Source: Candidatus Micrarchaeota archaeon
GTDB lineage: Archaea; Micrarchaeota; Micrarchaeia; Micrarchaeales; CABMGC01
DNA length: 64,000 nt
Direction of reading: 5' to 3'
Assembly (NCBI GenBank): GCA_021803425.1
Contig: JAJZLN010000007.1
Location: 7,583-71,582, forward strand
The notes below the pieces were generated by a model. The model did not search any database and had not been told where the DNA came from. It was given only the letters and a program-made list of their open reading frames with translations. This document shows, piece by piece, positions 1 through 9,220 of the stretch; within the stretch, counting starts at the first letter, position 1, and each line of letters opens with the position of its first letter. The translations under genes were made by a program, and so were the position numbers.

Positions 1-447
1 TGCGTATTCTATATCGCTGTGGTTTATCGCAGATTGGCCGTACATGCCTCTTCCCCATGCAAGGCTTCCCTTTGACGGATATCTGCGCTCTATGCGCGTC
101 TTGTTTGCCGATGCGCATACTATTACCATATCCTCGCCAGACTTGCCGGCATTTTTGGCATTTGCTATGGCATTCGACAAGGTTTTGATTACTTCCGATG
201 CTGCCCTTGTCGGGTATCCTCCCTTTGCGCCTCCAAGTTCGTGCCTCGATCCCATGTGCTTGTTGTGCCTCCTGTAAAGTATTGCATGCTCCTTATGCAC
301 TACCATATCCAGCACGTCCAGTGCATCAGATGCTCTCAGGTAGCGTATAGAATCGCATACTGCTCCGAGGTCTTTGTAACTCGCGTTTACATCGTGGCTC
401 TGGGCAAATACGAAATCATCCCCTTTGAGATTGAATGAATAGTTCAT
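1..447 (-). CDS. rpl22: 50S ribosomal protein uL22 (C-terminal end runs off the window start)
   Basis: Not in the ORF track because there is no stop in the window. My reverse translation from the ATG at 445-447 reads MNYSFNLKGDDFVFAQSHDVNASYKDLGAVCDSIRYLRASDALDVLDMV...YRRHNKHMGSRHELGGAKGGYPTRAA... The ATG overlaps the uS19 stop (TGATG). This is the expected operon position after S19. Confidence 0.85.
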   Translation of the reverse strand, partial: MNYSFNLKGDDFVFAQSHDVNASYKDLGAVCDSIRYLRASDALDVLDMVVHKEHAILYRRHNKHMGSRHELGGAKGGYPTRAASEVIKTLSNAIANAKNAGKSGEDMVIVCASANKTRIERRYPSKGSLAWGRGMYGQSAINHSDIEYA

Positions 448-845
448 CACTTCACCGCCAAGAATTTGCTTCCTCTTGTAGCCCTTATTCCAGGTGCCGA
501 ATGCACAACGTGCTTTACTGTGTATGCAAATTCGCCAAGCCTATGCCCTACCATGTCCATGGATATGTTCAAGTCGTTGAAAGACTTGCCGTTGTACACG
601 GAGAATTTCATGTTCACCCACCCTGGAAGTATAACGGCTTCTCTAGAATGGGTTTTGATTGCCTTTCCGCTGCCTGATTTCTTGGCTTTGTCAACCTTAT
701 TTATAAGCTCCTTGTAAGACTGCCCCATTCTTTTAATTGCGCGCCTCTGCCTTGATTTTATGATCTTTGAGAAATCGTCTACGCTCATCTTCTGGAGCTC
801 TTCAAGCGTCTTTCCCCTAAATGTCGTTATTCTTGGCATGTTCAA
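447..845 (-). CDS. rps19: 30S ribosomal protein uS19
   Basis: 132 aa with the C-terminal motif GHRLGEFAYTVKHVVHSAPGIRATRGSKF. Its start overlaps the uL2 stop by 4 nt. Operon order fits. Confidence 0.95.
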   Translation of the reverse strand: MNMPRITTFRGKTLEELQKMSVDDFSKIIKSRQRRAIKRMGQSYKELINKVDKAKKSGSGKAIKTHSREAVILPGWVNMKFSVYNGKSFNDLNISMDMVGHRLGEFAYTVKHVVHSAPGIRATRGSKFLAVK

Positions 846-1561
846 CCACTCTTCTTCCTGCCCACTCTTCTTGCGGCTATATGTCCTACCTTTGCTCCTG
901 GAGGTGCATTCCTAGAAACCATACTCGATGCTCCCTTGTGGTGCTGCTTGCCTCCGAACGGATGGTCCACCGGGTTGCATTTTACTCCCCTGTTAACCGG
1001 CCACTTAGCATTTGTTGCATGGTACATATAATGGCTTGTACCTGCCTTCATGATCGGCTGCGAAGTCACTCCTCCTCCTGCTATTGCGCCTATCTCTGCC
1101 CTGCAGGCTGGGCTTAAGTCCAAGGCCTTTTTCGACGGAAGCAGTACATTCACTTTGTTTTCAGAATGCGATTTTATTGTGGCATAGCCTCCTGCCGACC
1201 TTGCAATTTTTCCTCCGTCCCCAGGCCTCATTTCAACATTGTATACAAGCATTCCATCAGGTATTGAATTGAGCGGAACGATGCTTCCAAGTGAAATTTC
1301 CGCTGCAGTGCCTTCTTGTATCTTATCGCTTATCTTTATGCCTTCTGGTGCGAGCAACACAGATTCACTGAAATCGTCGTATCTGACTTTCATGAGCAGG
1401 GCGGTATGGCCTGGATCATCTATGAAGTCAACAACTTCGCCAAATATCTTGCCTTCAACCTGCGTGCTCCTAAAATTAACGTCAGCCTTGAATGTGTTAG
1501 GTGGTTTTCTGTAGGCATTGCTTCCCTTTCCGCGCCGTTGTTGTTTCAATCGCTTTCCCAT
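842..1561 (-). CDS. rpl2: 50S ribosomal protein uL2
   Basis: The ORF track gives 842..1570 with a GTG start. The conserved N-terminus MGKRLKQQRRGKGS begins at the ATG at 1559-1561. The C-terminal motif HPFGGKQHHKGASSMVSRNAPPGAKVG is present. Confidence 0.93.
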   Translation of the reverse strand: MGKRLKQQRRGKGSNAYRKPPNTFKADVNFRSTQVEGKIFGEVVDFIDDPGHTALLMKVRYDDFSESVLLAPEGIKISDKIQEGTAAEISLGSIVPLNSIPDGMLVYNVEMRPGDGGKIARSAGGYATIKSHSENKVNVLLPSKKALDLSPACRAEIGAIAGGGVTSQPIMKAGTSHYMYHATNAKWPVNRGVKCNPVDHPFGGKQHHKGASSMVSRNAPPGAKVGHIAARRVGRKKSG

Positions 1562-1583
1562 CGTTTTCACTATTTATCTAATT

Positions 1584-1835
1584 CTATACCAGTTTAAGCT
1601 TTCTTGCCACTTCCCCTGCCTTGTATTCGGGCTTAAGCCTTATGAAAGCCTTCTTGAAGTTCTTTATTGACATAGAGGTATTTATGCTTTCCACTTTAAC
1701 TCCAAACACCTCCTCAAATTCCTTTTTTATCTCTTTCTTGTTGGATCTGAAGTCCACAATATACGATATTGTGTTGTTCTTATCTATCATGCCCAGCGCT
1801 TTTTCTGTTGATATTGGATATAATAATGAAGTCAT
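1584..1835 (-). CDS. rpl23: 50S ribosomal protein uL23
   Basis: The track ORF is 1584..1907. The internal ATG at 1833-1835 overlaps the uL4 stop (ATGA) and follows a purine-rich GGAGAGAGG. The sequence MTSLLYPISTEKALGMIDKNNTISYIVD...KKAFIRLKPEY is uL23-like. Confidence 0.9.
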   Translation of the reverse strand: MTSLLYPISTEKALGMIDKNNTISYIVDFRSNKKEIKKEFEEVFGVKVESINTSMSIKNFKKAFIRLKPEYKAGEVARKLKLV

Positions 1836-2644
1836 GCCTCTCTCCTCTTCTTTATTGCTTCTTCCGATATTGCCGCATTTATCGCAGATAATGCGCCCTC
1901 GGTCCATATGGATAGGCGCGGTTCACCGCCAGGCGCAAGTTTCTCCACAGTAAGCTCATTTACAGGGCATACGTCCACGCCTGGTATATTTCTTCCTGCG
2001 CGCTCCACTGCACCAGTAGATTTAGATACTATAAGTACACTCTTTCTGAATTTTCTTACCCCTGAAAGCCTCTTAAGCCCCTTTCTTATTTTTGGCGCAT
2101 GCGATTTCTCCAGGTCCTTAGAGGCTCCAAGTGCGGCAAGGATCTTTACGAGCTCCTTTGACTTTGAGACCTGTTCAATTCCATCTTCAACTACCAACGG
2201 CAAGTCCTTGGAATCTATTTCATACCTTGCCCTTATGAGCGCAGAATCTGAGCATCCGGCAACTGCGGATTTTAATGCCAATGCATATTCCCTGCTGTTT
2301 ATTCTTTCTTCAAGTATTTTTTCTATCTTGTGTGGGTGTGCTCTCCTTCCCTTAACCGCTGAAGGTATTCTTCTTACGTCTCCCATCGCTCCTCCACCCA
2401 ATTTCTGGCGTGGCCTTATTGCTATACCCATATGTCTTCCTCTTCTGTATGCAGCGCTGTATTTTCCAACATATACTGCCGTGGTCTGCAAGCCTGCAAG
2501 GAGATAGTTTCCCTGCGGTTGATATCTTTTGCTCTGCTCTGACAGGATTGCCCTCATTACAATGTCTCGCCTGAATCTTCCGGCAAACACGTTGGGAAGC
2601 TCTATGTCCTTCTTTACTTTTCCTTCAATAGAATATACATTCAT
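1832..2644 (-). CDS. rpl4: 50S ribosomal protein uL4
   Basis: 270 aa, starting MNVYSIEGKVKKDIELPNVF and containing YRRGRHMGIAIRPR. It sits between uL3 and uL23. Confidence 0.93.
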   Translation of the reverse strand: MNVYSIEGKVKKDIELPNVFAGRFRRDIVMRAILSEQSKRYQPQGNYLLAGLQTTAVYVGKYSAAYRRGRHMGIAIRPRQKLGGGAMGDVRRIPSAVKGRRAHPHKIEKILEERINSREYALALKSAVAGCSDSALIRARYEIDSKDLPLVVEDGIEQVSKSKELVKILAALGASKDLEKSHAPKIRKGLKRLSGVRKFRKSVLIVSKSTGAVERAGRNIPGVDVCPVNELTVEKLAPGGEPRLSIWTEGALSAINAAISEEAIKKRREA

Positions 2645-2650
2645 TCATAA

Positions 2651-3610
2651 TCACTGTTTTGACGCAATTGAAATATAATTTATCTGCGGAACTTTCTTTG
2701 GCGCAGAGCTTCTTATGGATTTTCTGAATCTAAGGAGCCTCCTTGCAGGTCCAGGTATGGAGCCGTCAAGAACAACAAAATCATTTTTCACAATTCCATA
2801 GTTTAAGAATCCGCCCTTCACGTTTATCTGCGATACGTCCTTTTCACTGCCTATCTTGAGGACTCTCTTGTTAAGTTCGGTCCTGTAATTGTACCCCATA
2901 TGGCCTGAATGCGGCACAGTGAACATTACTTTTGCAGGATGCCATGGGCCGAGAACTCCGAGATGGCGCACCTTTCCGGTGGCTTTCCTATAATTCCTTG
3001 CAACCCCGAACCTTTTTATTACCCCTGCCCATCCCTTACCTTTTGATATTGATGTTACATCAATGTAGTCCCCTTCGCTAAGTATGTCCGATATCTTGAT
3101 TTCCTTGCCAATGAATTTCTCTATAAAAGACAGCTTCTCTGCAACGTCCTTGCCGCCGACATGAAGCTCAAATCTCATAACCTTCTTATTCCCGAATCCC
3201 AGGTTGCTCGCATCCGAGAATGCAAGAGCAGTTGCATCAATAAATTCTGAAGATCTTGTTTTAAGTTCATTAATTTTCTCCGAGCCTTTGTTTATGCCTA
3301 CCCTCTTTGCAAGGTTGGCGTCGTATGTTTCTGCAGAAGGCTGCCTGTAAAGGTATTTTTTACCATAAAATCTTATTCCATATATGAATATCTTAGGTAT
3401 TTCCAGTATTGTTGCTGCCCTTGCAATTTCAGTGCCTTTTGAAGGTGATTCCCTATCATCAATCATCATTATGTGCGTCATGCCTGCCTTGAATGCAACC
3501 CCTCCAAGCAATCCCTGCTCTGCTACGCTCTTCCACGTCCTGACTCTGGGCATCTGCTTCTTAGCCCTCCGGTGCGGCCAATATTCCATTGACCCTTTTC
3601 GCATGCTCAT
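2651..3610 (-). CDS. rpl3: 50S ribosomal protein uL3
   Basis: The track ORF is 2651..3619 with a GTG start. The ATG at 3608-3610 sits 9 nt after AAGGAG. The sequence MSMRKGSMEYWPHRRAKKQMPRVRTW...GKGWAGVIKRFG is typical of archaeal uL3. Confidence 0.93.
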   Translation of the reverse strand: MSMRKGSMEYWPHRRAKKQMPRVRTWKSVAEQGLLGGVAFKAGMTHIMMIDDRESPSKGTEIARAATILEIPKIFIYGIRFYGKKYLYRQPSAETYDANLAKRVGINKGSEKINELKTRSSEFIDATALAFSDASNLGFGNKKVMRFELHVGGKDVAEKLSFIEKFIGKEIKISDILSEGDYIDVTSISKGKGWAGVIKRFGVARNYRKATGKVRHLGVLGPWHPAKVMFTVPHSGHMGYNYRTELNKRVLKIGSEKDVSQINVKGGFLNYGIVKNDFVVLDGSIPGPARRLLRFRKSIRSSAPKKVPQINYISIASKQ

Positions 3611-3690
3611 AACTAGCACTCCTTAAAAAAGGAAAGGTATTAACTATTCCCTTAAATACATTTATATTACTATCTTCAAATCCCTGCGTT

Positions 3691-3716
3691 ATGGAATTCC
3701 ATAGGATTATCCTATG
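3691..3716. promoter_or_regulatory. Two overlapping perfect palindromes between the pilin gene end and the r-protein operon promoter
   Basis: atggaattccat (3691-3702, 12 bp) overlaps cataggat-t-atcctatg (3700-3716). An A/T-rich TATA-like taatataaatgtattta lies between them and the uL3 start on the minus strand. Confidence 0.3.
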
Positions 3717-3758
3717 TATTTTGCATATGAAATAATCCGAGTTGCGCATGAAACCTGT

Positions 3759-4388
3759 TTATGTCAGCTTCACGGAGAACCTTGCGATTCTCTGTATCAG
3801 GATTCTGGGCTCGTACTCTGATGAGGCATTATATCCTATCCACACATATCCTGACATGCTTGTACCTATTGCATTTGAAGTTATAAGCTGTCCAAGTTCA
3901 TCTGGGGTGAAGCTCGCCGGATAAAATATCCATCCCTTGCCTATATACATTGTGACTGAATTTGTAGTGCCGCTTTGAAAGTATGCTATTGTGCCGCTGG
4001 AAGGAGGCGCATGATCAACGCCGATTTGCGTTGCTGCAGGCAGAGGCACGTTTACTGAGAATACTGCTGGACCGAAATTACTTAAAAGTGTTGTATTTTC
4101 TAAAGATATAGCTACCAGTGCATTGTATTCTGGCTGGCCAGAAGCCTGGCCTACCGTGAACGTAAGCATGGCGAGCGTGTTTGTAGGAGTGCCGGGAGGA
4201 AGTATGTTTGTGAGGGTCATGTTGGTGCAGAGAAATCCCGATTCAGATATGCAGCTCGTTCCTAGATTGTTGTTGCTGAAAACTCCGAGAGAGAAGAGCG
4301 CGATCAGCACGATCGCGATTATGAGTATAGCCCATCCGTACGTCATCAGGTACTCCATCGCGCTCTGGAGCTTTACAGCCATCCGCAT
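3759..4388 (-). CDS. Type IV pilin-like protein (class III signal peptide), paralog 1
   Basis: The N-terminus MRMAVKLQSAMEYLMTYGWAILIIAIVLIALFSLGVF has a short basic leader, a Q-x3-E motif and a roughly 22-aa hydrophobic helix. The rest is S/T/N/G-rich. It is a tandem paralog of 4520..5137. Confidence 0.8.
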   Translation of the reverse strand: MRMAVKLQSAMEYLMTYGWAILIIAIVLIALFSLGVFSNNNLGTSCISESGFLCTNMTLTNILPPGTPTNTLAMLTFTVGQASGQPEYNALVAISLENTTLLSNFGPAVFSVNVPLPAATQIGVDHAPPSSGTIAYFQSGTTNSVTMYIGKGWIFYPASFTPDELGQLITSNAIGTSMSGYVWIGYNASSEYEPRILIQRIARFSVKLT

Positions 4389-4424
4389 AATCTTATGTTT
4401 CTTGATGAAGATTAATATCAGTTG
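4234..4424. repeat. About 191-bp near-identical segment shared by the two tandem pilin genes (copy 1)
   Basis: It aligns by eye to 4983-5173. A stretch of about 107 bp (4275-4381) is identical. The segment spans the pilin leader and N-terminal helix codons plus about 36 bp of upstream sequence with TATA-like attaatatc. Confidence 0.9.
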
Positions 4425-4519
4425 TGTTTTATTACTCTTGATTTTACAGTATGCATCTTCGATTTCATTGTATCATGCATCTAAACCACGAGCGTATCAG
4501 GCGCGTACATTAAATATCC

Positions 4520-5137
4520 CTATGTTATGGGCACCGTAATCCTGGCAACTCTCTGCACCATCATCCTTTTGCCAGATGGAGAAGTGCTGTTGTATCCTAT
4601 CCATGCATATCCATTGAAAACGTGTCCTATGGAATTTGAGCCAAGGTTATAAACGCTCTGCAGTCCTCCTTGGCTCTGAAGGTTGCTGTTGCTTTGGTAC
4701 CATATATATCCCCCACCCATTTCTATTGTTACGGAATTTGTAGCGCCGCTCTGGAATGTGGGTACGGTTCCAGCATATGCGGATCCAATCTGTGCTGACA
4801 TTGGCCATGGAATATGGGTGGAGAAGAACGGTATTATTGTGGTATTTTCTGGAGATATTATTATTAGTGCATTATATATTGCGGAGCCTGTTGCTTGTCC
4901 CAAATTGAATCTTAGTATTGCTATTGTATTTGTATCTGCTCCTGCTGGAAGAATGTTAACCAATGTCAAGTTGCTGCACTCGAATCCGGATTCTGCAATG
5001 CAGCTCGTTCCGAGATTGTTGCTGCTGAAAACTCCGAGAGAGAAGAGCGCGATCAGCACGATCGCGATTATGAGTATAGCCCATCCGTACGTCATCAGGT
5101 ACTCCATCGCGCTCTGGAGCTTTACAGCCACCCGCAT
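4520..5137 (-). CDS. Type IV pilin-like protein (class III signal peptide), paralog 2
   Basis: The N-terminus MRVAVKLQSAMEYLMTYGWAILIIAIVLIALFSLGVF matches paralog 1. The conserved C-terminus GYAWIGYN...QRVARITV compares with GYVWIGYN...QRIARFSV in paralog 1. The middle region diverges. Confidence 0.8.
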   Translation of the reverse strand: MRVAVKLQSAMEYLMTYGWAILIIAIVLIALFSLGVFSSNNLGTSCIAESGFECSNLTLVNILPAGADTNTIAILRFNLGQATGSAIYNALIIISPENTTIIPFFSTHIPWPMSAQIGSAYAGTVPTFQSGATNSVTIEMGGGYIWYQSNSNLQSQGGLQSVYNLGSNSIGHVFNGYAWIGYNSTSPSGKRMMVQRVARITVPIT

Positions 5138-5173
5138 AATCTTATGTTTCCTGATGAAGATTAATATCAGTTA
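4983..5173. repeat. About 191-bp near-identical segment shared by the two tandem pilin genes (copy 2)
   Basis: See 4234-4424. The upstream end abuts the hmgA stop codon at 5171-5173. Confidence 0.9.
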
Positions 5174-6412
5174 TGCTTTGTTTCTGCCGAGCTTCTGGTG
5201 CGCCTTCCCAAGCTCCCTTGTTGCAAGCGCAGAAAGCAGGTTCAGCTCTCCGGCCAAAACCACAGACGCTATTATCTCTGCAAGCTTCATTGCATTGCTG
5301 CCTGCTGGATTTCCCGGTCCGCATACATTCATCAGCGACAGCGCCTCCTTCTGGGTAGGCAAACCCGTGCCTCCCCCTACTGTCCCAATCTCCAACGCTG
5401 GCAGAGTGACTGCAATATAAAGGTCTCTACCTCTTGCTTCTGTCCATGTATATCCGCTGCTGCTTTCCACTACCTGTGCCACATCCTGCCCTGTCGCAAG
5501 GAACATTGCAGCTATCGTGTTTGCAAAATGAGCATTGAATTGGGTAGCGCTCCCTGCGCGTGCGCTGCCTGCCCAATTTTTCCTCAGATTGACGTTGTTT
5601 ACTGCATCTGCATCTGTCTTGAATATGTTCTTCAGCACGTCTTCTTTCACTACAACTTCAGCAACAACCGTCTTTCCCCTTCCGTTTATGCTGTTTATCA
5701 ATGATTGTTTTTTGTCTGAACATACGTTTCCGCTTACGGCTATAAGCTTCGCTCCCTCAAAATGTTCTTCTATGAAGTTGCATCCTGCTTCTGTAGCTAC
5801 AGTGGCCATGTTCATGCCCATTGCGTCTCCGGTTTTGTACGTGAACCTTAAGAATACGTTAGTTCCAGTTACCAACGGCTGTATATCTTCAAGTCTTCCA
5901 TGGTTAGTTGTTTTTTCTGCAGCGCTCTTTATCTTCTTGAAGTTTTTGGGAAGCCATTCAAGGAATTTTTCAATGTCTACTATAGAATCAAACTGAAATA
6001 CCGGACCTCTTGTCATTCCATCCTTTATTACTCTTACTGTAGAGCCGCCGCTTGCATTTATCGCCTTTATGCCCCTGCTTATACTGGCTATCAATGCTCC
6101 CTCTGTTGTTGAGAGCGGCACATATGTCTCTCCTGCAAAATATGCACCATTCACTTTTAATGGGCCTGCAACTCCTATGGGTATGCTCGTCATCCCTATA
6201 ACATTCTCAGCATTTTTTCCTTTTATCAAGGAATAGTCTATTTTTGCAGAGCCGATGTTAGCAAGCGAAACGCCTTCAAGTTTTTCAATCCCCTTCCTCC
6301 TGATTTCAACAGCATCACCTGCTTCCGCAAGCCTGTCTATCTCATGCAGGGCAATCTCTCCTCTCACGACTTTTTTTATCAATTCTTCCTTATTTTCCAC
6401 TGAATCATCCAA
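5171..6412 (-). CDS. hmgA: HMG-CoA reductase (class I type)
   Basis: 413 aa with motifs [29 protein letters not shown] and the C-terminal ELGKAH. Confidence 0.92.
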   Translation of the reverse strand: MDDSVENKEELIKKVVRGEIALHEIDRLAEAGDAVEIRRKGIEKLEGVSLANIGSAKIDYSLIKGKNAENVIGMTSIPIGVAGPLKVNGAYFAGETYVPLSTTEGALIASISRGIKAINASGGSTVRVIKDGMTRGPVFQFDSIVDIEKFLEWLPKNFKKIKSAAEKTTNHGRLEDIQPLVTGTNVFLRFTYKTGDAMGMNMATVATEAGCNFIEEHFEGAKLIAVSGNVCSDKKQSLINSINGRGKTVVAEVVVKEDVLKNIFKTDADAVNNVNLRKNWAGSARAGSATQFNAHFANTIAAMFLATGQDVAQVVESSSGYTWTEARGRDLYIAVTLPALEIGTVGGGTGLPTQKEALSLMNVCGPGNPAGSNAMKLAEIIASVVLAGELNLLSALATRELGKAHQKLGRNKA

Positions 6413-6564
6413 TTGTGCTTCTAATTGGAGAATGAGACCTTATTTAAAGCGCGATATTAAAGTTTGTTGATTGTCTAATCCCAGGCATCATTTAAAAACC
6501 ATTAAAGTTACAGGAATGACGAATACGGATATTAAACTATCTGTACTCATATTTGTTGTTTGCT

Positions 6565-8298
6565 ATGGCAAGCGTTTCTGTAAGAATAGTCGGTGCGAAC
6601 GGCGACGGGGTAGAATCCAGCGGCGCGCTTCTTATAAAAGTGGCAACCAGAAATGGGCTAAACGTTTTTGGATACAGGGGATACCAATCAATAATACGCG
6701 GTGGGCACGTATGGTACCAGATAAGGATATCCGATTCAAAGCTCTACAGCCACGGCGAGGGCATAGACATCCTTATAGCTCTTAATCAAGATTCAATAAC
6801 TTACCAGAAAAGCCATCTTAATCCAAATGCAATAGTAATTTATGATCCGTCAAAGATAAAAGTGGACGAGCTCGACGCTACGAAATTCAGGCTTGTAAAG
6901 CTTCCGATGCTTGACATTGCAATAGAAGTGAGTGGAGATCCGATAATGAGGAATACCGTTGCAATAGGCGCAGCACTAAAATTCATTGGCATAGACATAA
7001 GTGTATTCAATGAAGTCATCAAAAGCATGTTCGGCAGGAAGGGCGAGAAGGTAGTTGAGAGTAACATAAAGGCAGCTTCAAGAGGATACGACAGCGAAGG
7101 CGTTTCAATGGTCTTCAACATAAAAGGAGACGGAAAACAGAGGTACGCACTTGATGGCAACACTGCACTATCCATAGGCGCGTACGCAAGCGGATGCAAA
7201 TTCTATGCGGCATATCCAATGACTCCTGCAAGCAGCATATTGCATTGGTTTGCAGCACATGAAAATAAAGGAGTCATGCCCAAGCAGACAGAGGACGAGA
7301 TCGCCGCGATAAACATGACGATAGGCGCCGCAAGCGCAGGAGCCAGGGCGATGTGCGGAACCAGCGGCGGAGGATTTTCGTTAATGGTGGAAGGGCTTGG
7401 CCTGGCCGGAATGCTTGAAACACCAATAGTTGTAGTGGAATCCCAAAGAACCGGACCCAGCACAGGTCTCCCTACAAAGACAGAGCAGGCAGACCTCCTG
7501 TTTGTGATGCACGCCTCCCAAGGGGAATTTCCCAGAATAGTCGTTGCACCAAGGAGCATAGAGGAGAGCTTCAAGATAGCAAGCGAGGCATTCAACCTTG
7601 CAGACAGATACCAATGTCCAGTGCTGATAATGATGGATTTGTATCTTTCAGAGCATATCGAAAGCATTGACGGATTTGATTTCGACAGCATAACAATCGA
7701 TAGGGGCAAGATAGTGACGCAGAAAACTGATGAAGGAAGATTCAAGAGATACTTGATCACAGAAGACGGCATATCGCCAAGGTCTTTTCCGGGTGCAAGA
7801 GGTCTCGAATTCATTGCAGGCAGCGATGAGCACAACGAATATGGCGATTTGATAAGCGATGCTTTTGCAGGGATTGATTCTTCCATAGAAATAAGAAATA
7901 AGATGCATGAGAAGAGGATGAGGAAGATGGATACCATGCTCAAGAATGAGAGCATCTTCGTCCCTCACATTGAAAATGAAAATGCAGATTACTTTTTAGT
8001 AACTTTCGGTTCAACTACCATTCCTGCCCGCGAAGCTGTCGAAATCCTAAAGTCCAAAGGGCTAAATTTTGGCATCATATCATTCAATTACATATTGCCG
8101 CTTGACAAGGAGAAGACAAAGGCGATGCTGCATGGAAAGAGGATGATAAATGTTGAAGCCAACTTTACAGGGCAGCTTGCAAAGGTAATAATGATGAATA
8201 CTGGAATAGAGATAAAAGAAAGCATACTGAAGTATGATGGTGAAGCATTTACAGGAGAAAGCATAGCAAGCGAGGCGCTAAAGATTGTTAAAAAATGA
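6565..8298 (+). CDS. korA: 2-oxoacid:ferredoxin oxidoreductase, alpha subunit (fused gamma-alpha, two-subunit type)
   Basis: The track ORF starts at 6553 (TTG); the first ATG is at 6565. It has an N-terminal gamma-like domain (GANGDGVESSG) followed by an alpha domain (AYPMTPAS...GGGFSLM...RTGPSTGLPT). It is followed by the TPP-binding beta subunit. Confidence 0.88.
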   Translation: MASVSVRIVGANGDGVESSGALLIKVATRNGLNVFGYRGYQSIIRGGHVWYQIRISDSKLYSHGEGIDILIALNQDSITYQKSHLNPNAIVIYDPSKIKVDELDATKFRLVKLPMLDIAIEVSGDPIMRNTVAIGAALKFIGIDISVFNEVIKSMFGRKGEKVVESNIKAASRGYDSEGVSMVFNIKGDGKQRYALDGNTALSIGAYASGCKFYAAYPMTPASSILHWFAAHENKGVMPKQTEDEIAAINMTIGAASAGARAMCGTSGGGFSLMVEGLGLAGMLETPIVVVESQRTGPSTGLPTKTEQADLLFVMHASQGEFPRIVVAPRSIEESFKIASEAFNLADRYQCPVLIMMDLYLSEHIESIDGFDFDSITIDRGKIVTQKTDEGRFKRYLITEDGISPRSFPGARGLEFIAGSDEHNEYGDLISDAFAGIDSSIEIRNKMHEKRMRKMDTMLKNESIFVPHIENENADYFLVTFGSTTIPAREAVEILKSKGLNFGIISFNYILPLDKEKTKAMLHGKRMINVEANFTGQLAKVIMMNTGIEIKESILKYDGEAFTGESIASEALKIVKK

Positions 8299-8305
8299 TG
8301 ATATT

Positions 8306-9211
8306 ATGCCAGGTTCAAATCCAACTGCAAACCAGAACACAAAGCAAAAGCAGAATTTTGCTTCAGGAGTAAAACCCATATGGTGTCCAGGATGCGGGGA
8401 CTTTTCTGTAGAGGCGGCGTTAATGAAAGCAGTACAGGAGATAGGAATAGAGAAGGAGCGCGTTGTGATAGTTTCAGGAATAGGATGCAGCTCTGCAATG
8501 CCTCATCCGTTCAGCACATACGGCATACACAGCCTTCACGGACGTCTTCTCCCCGTCGCCGCAGGGGTCAAGCTCGCAAACGACGACCTCATAGTGATAG
8601 GCACTGGAGGCGACGGCGACGGTTATGGAATAGGAGTCGGCCATCTCATCCACAACGCAAGGAGAAATATTGATCTTACATATATAGTGATGAATAATGA
8701 AATATACGGTCTCACGACAGGCCAGGCTTCGCCAACGAGCCTTATCGGCGCAAAGACAAAGTCGACGCCATTCGGGTCGATAGAGACCCCTGAGAATCCC
8801 ACTGCAATTGCAATATCTGCAGGAGCGACGTATGTGGCGCGCGCGTTTTCAGGCGATCCGATGCATATGGCAGAACTCATAAAGGGCGGAATACTGCATA
8901 AGGGGTTCTCAATCATAGACGTTTTCAGCCCCTGCGTAACATTCAACAACCTGAATACATACGACTGGTTCAGGCAGCGCGTGTATAAACTCGAGACTTC
9001 AGGTCACGACCCATCGGACAAAAGCAAGGCGATGGAGCGTTCCTTTGAAGCGGAGCAGACAGACTGGGCAAAGATACCGATAGGTCTTTTCTATAAGGCG
9101 GAAAAGCAGACATATTCGCAGCTCGACATCACGCTTCAGCAGGGTCCGCTGGTCAATCAGAAATTTCCGACAAAGCAGCAAGCATTAGAAATAATGGAGG
9201 AATACAGGTAA
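8306..9211 (+). CDS. korB: 2-oxoacid:ferredoxin oxidoreductase, beta subunit (TPP-binding)
   Basis: Motifs WCPGCGDF, GIGCS, GGDGDGYGIG and NNEIYGLTTGQ are present. The track ORF starts at 8285; the ATG at 8306 lies just after the alpha-subunit stop. The start is uncertain. Confidence 0.88.
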   Translation: MPGSNPTANQNTKQKQNFASGVKPIWCPGCGDFSVEAALMKAVQEIGIEKERVVIVSGIGCSSAMPHPFSTYGIHSLHGRLLPVAAGVKLANDDLIVIGTGGDGDGYGIGVGHLIHNARRNIDLTYIVMNNEIYGLTTGQASPTSLIGAKTKSTPFGSIETPENPTAIAISAGATYVARAFSGDPMHMAELIKGGILHKGFSIIDVFSPCVTFNNLNTYDWFRQRVYKLETSGHDPSDKSKAMERSFEAEQTDWAKIPIGLFYKAEKQTYSQLDITLQQGPLVNQKFPTKQQALEIMEEYR

Positions 9212-9220
9212 CAAGGTAAA

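Noticed and set aside
3668-3690. A T-loop-like ttcaaatcc string in the intergenic region, considered as a possible tRNA.
   Set aside because: The flanking bases (ctatc and ccctg) cannot form a T stem, and no acceptor or anticodon arms can be drawn.
6471-6785. A 104-aa ORF overlapping the 5' end of korA in another frame.
   Set aside because: It is Arg/Lys-rich with no motif. It overlaps the well-supported korA frame and starts inside the divergent promoter region.
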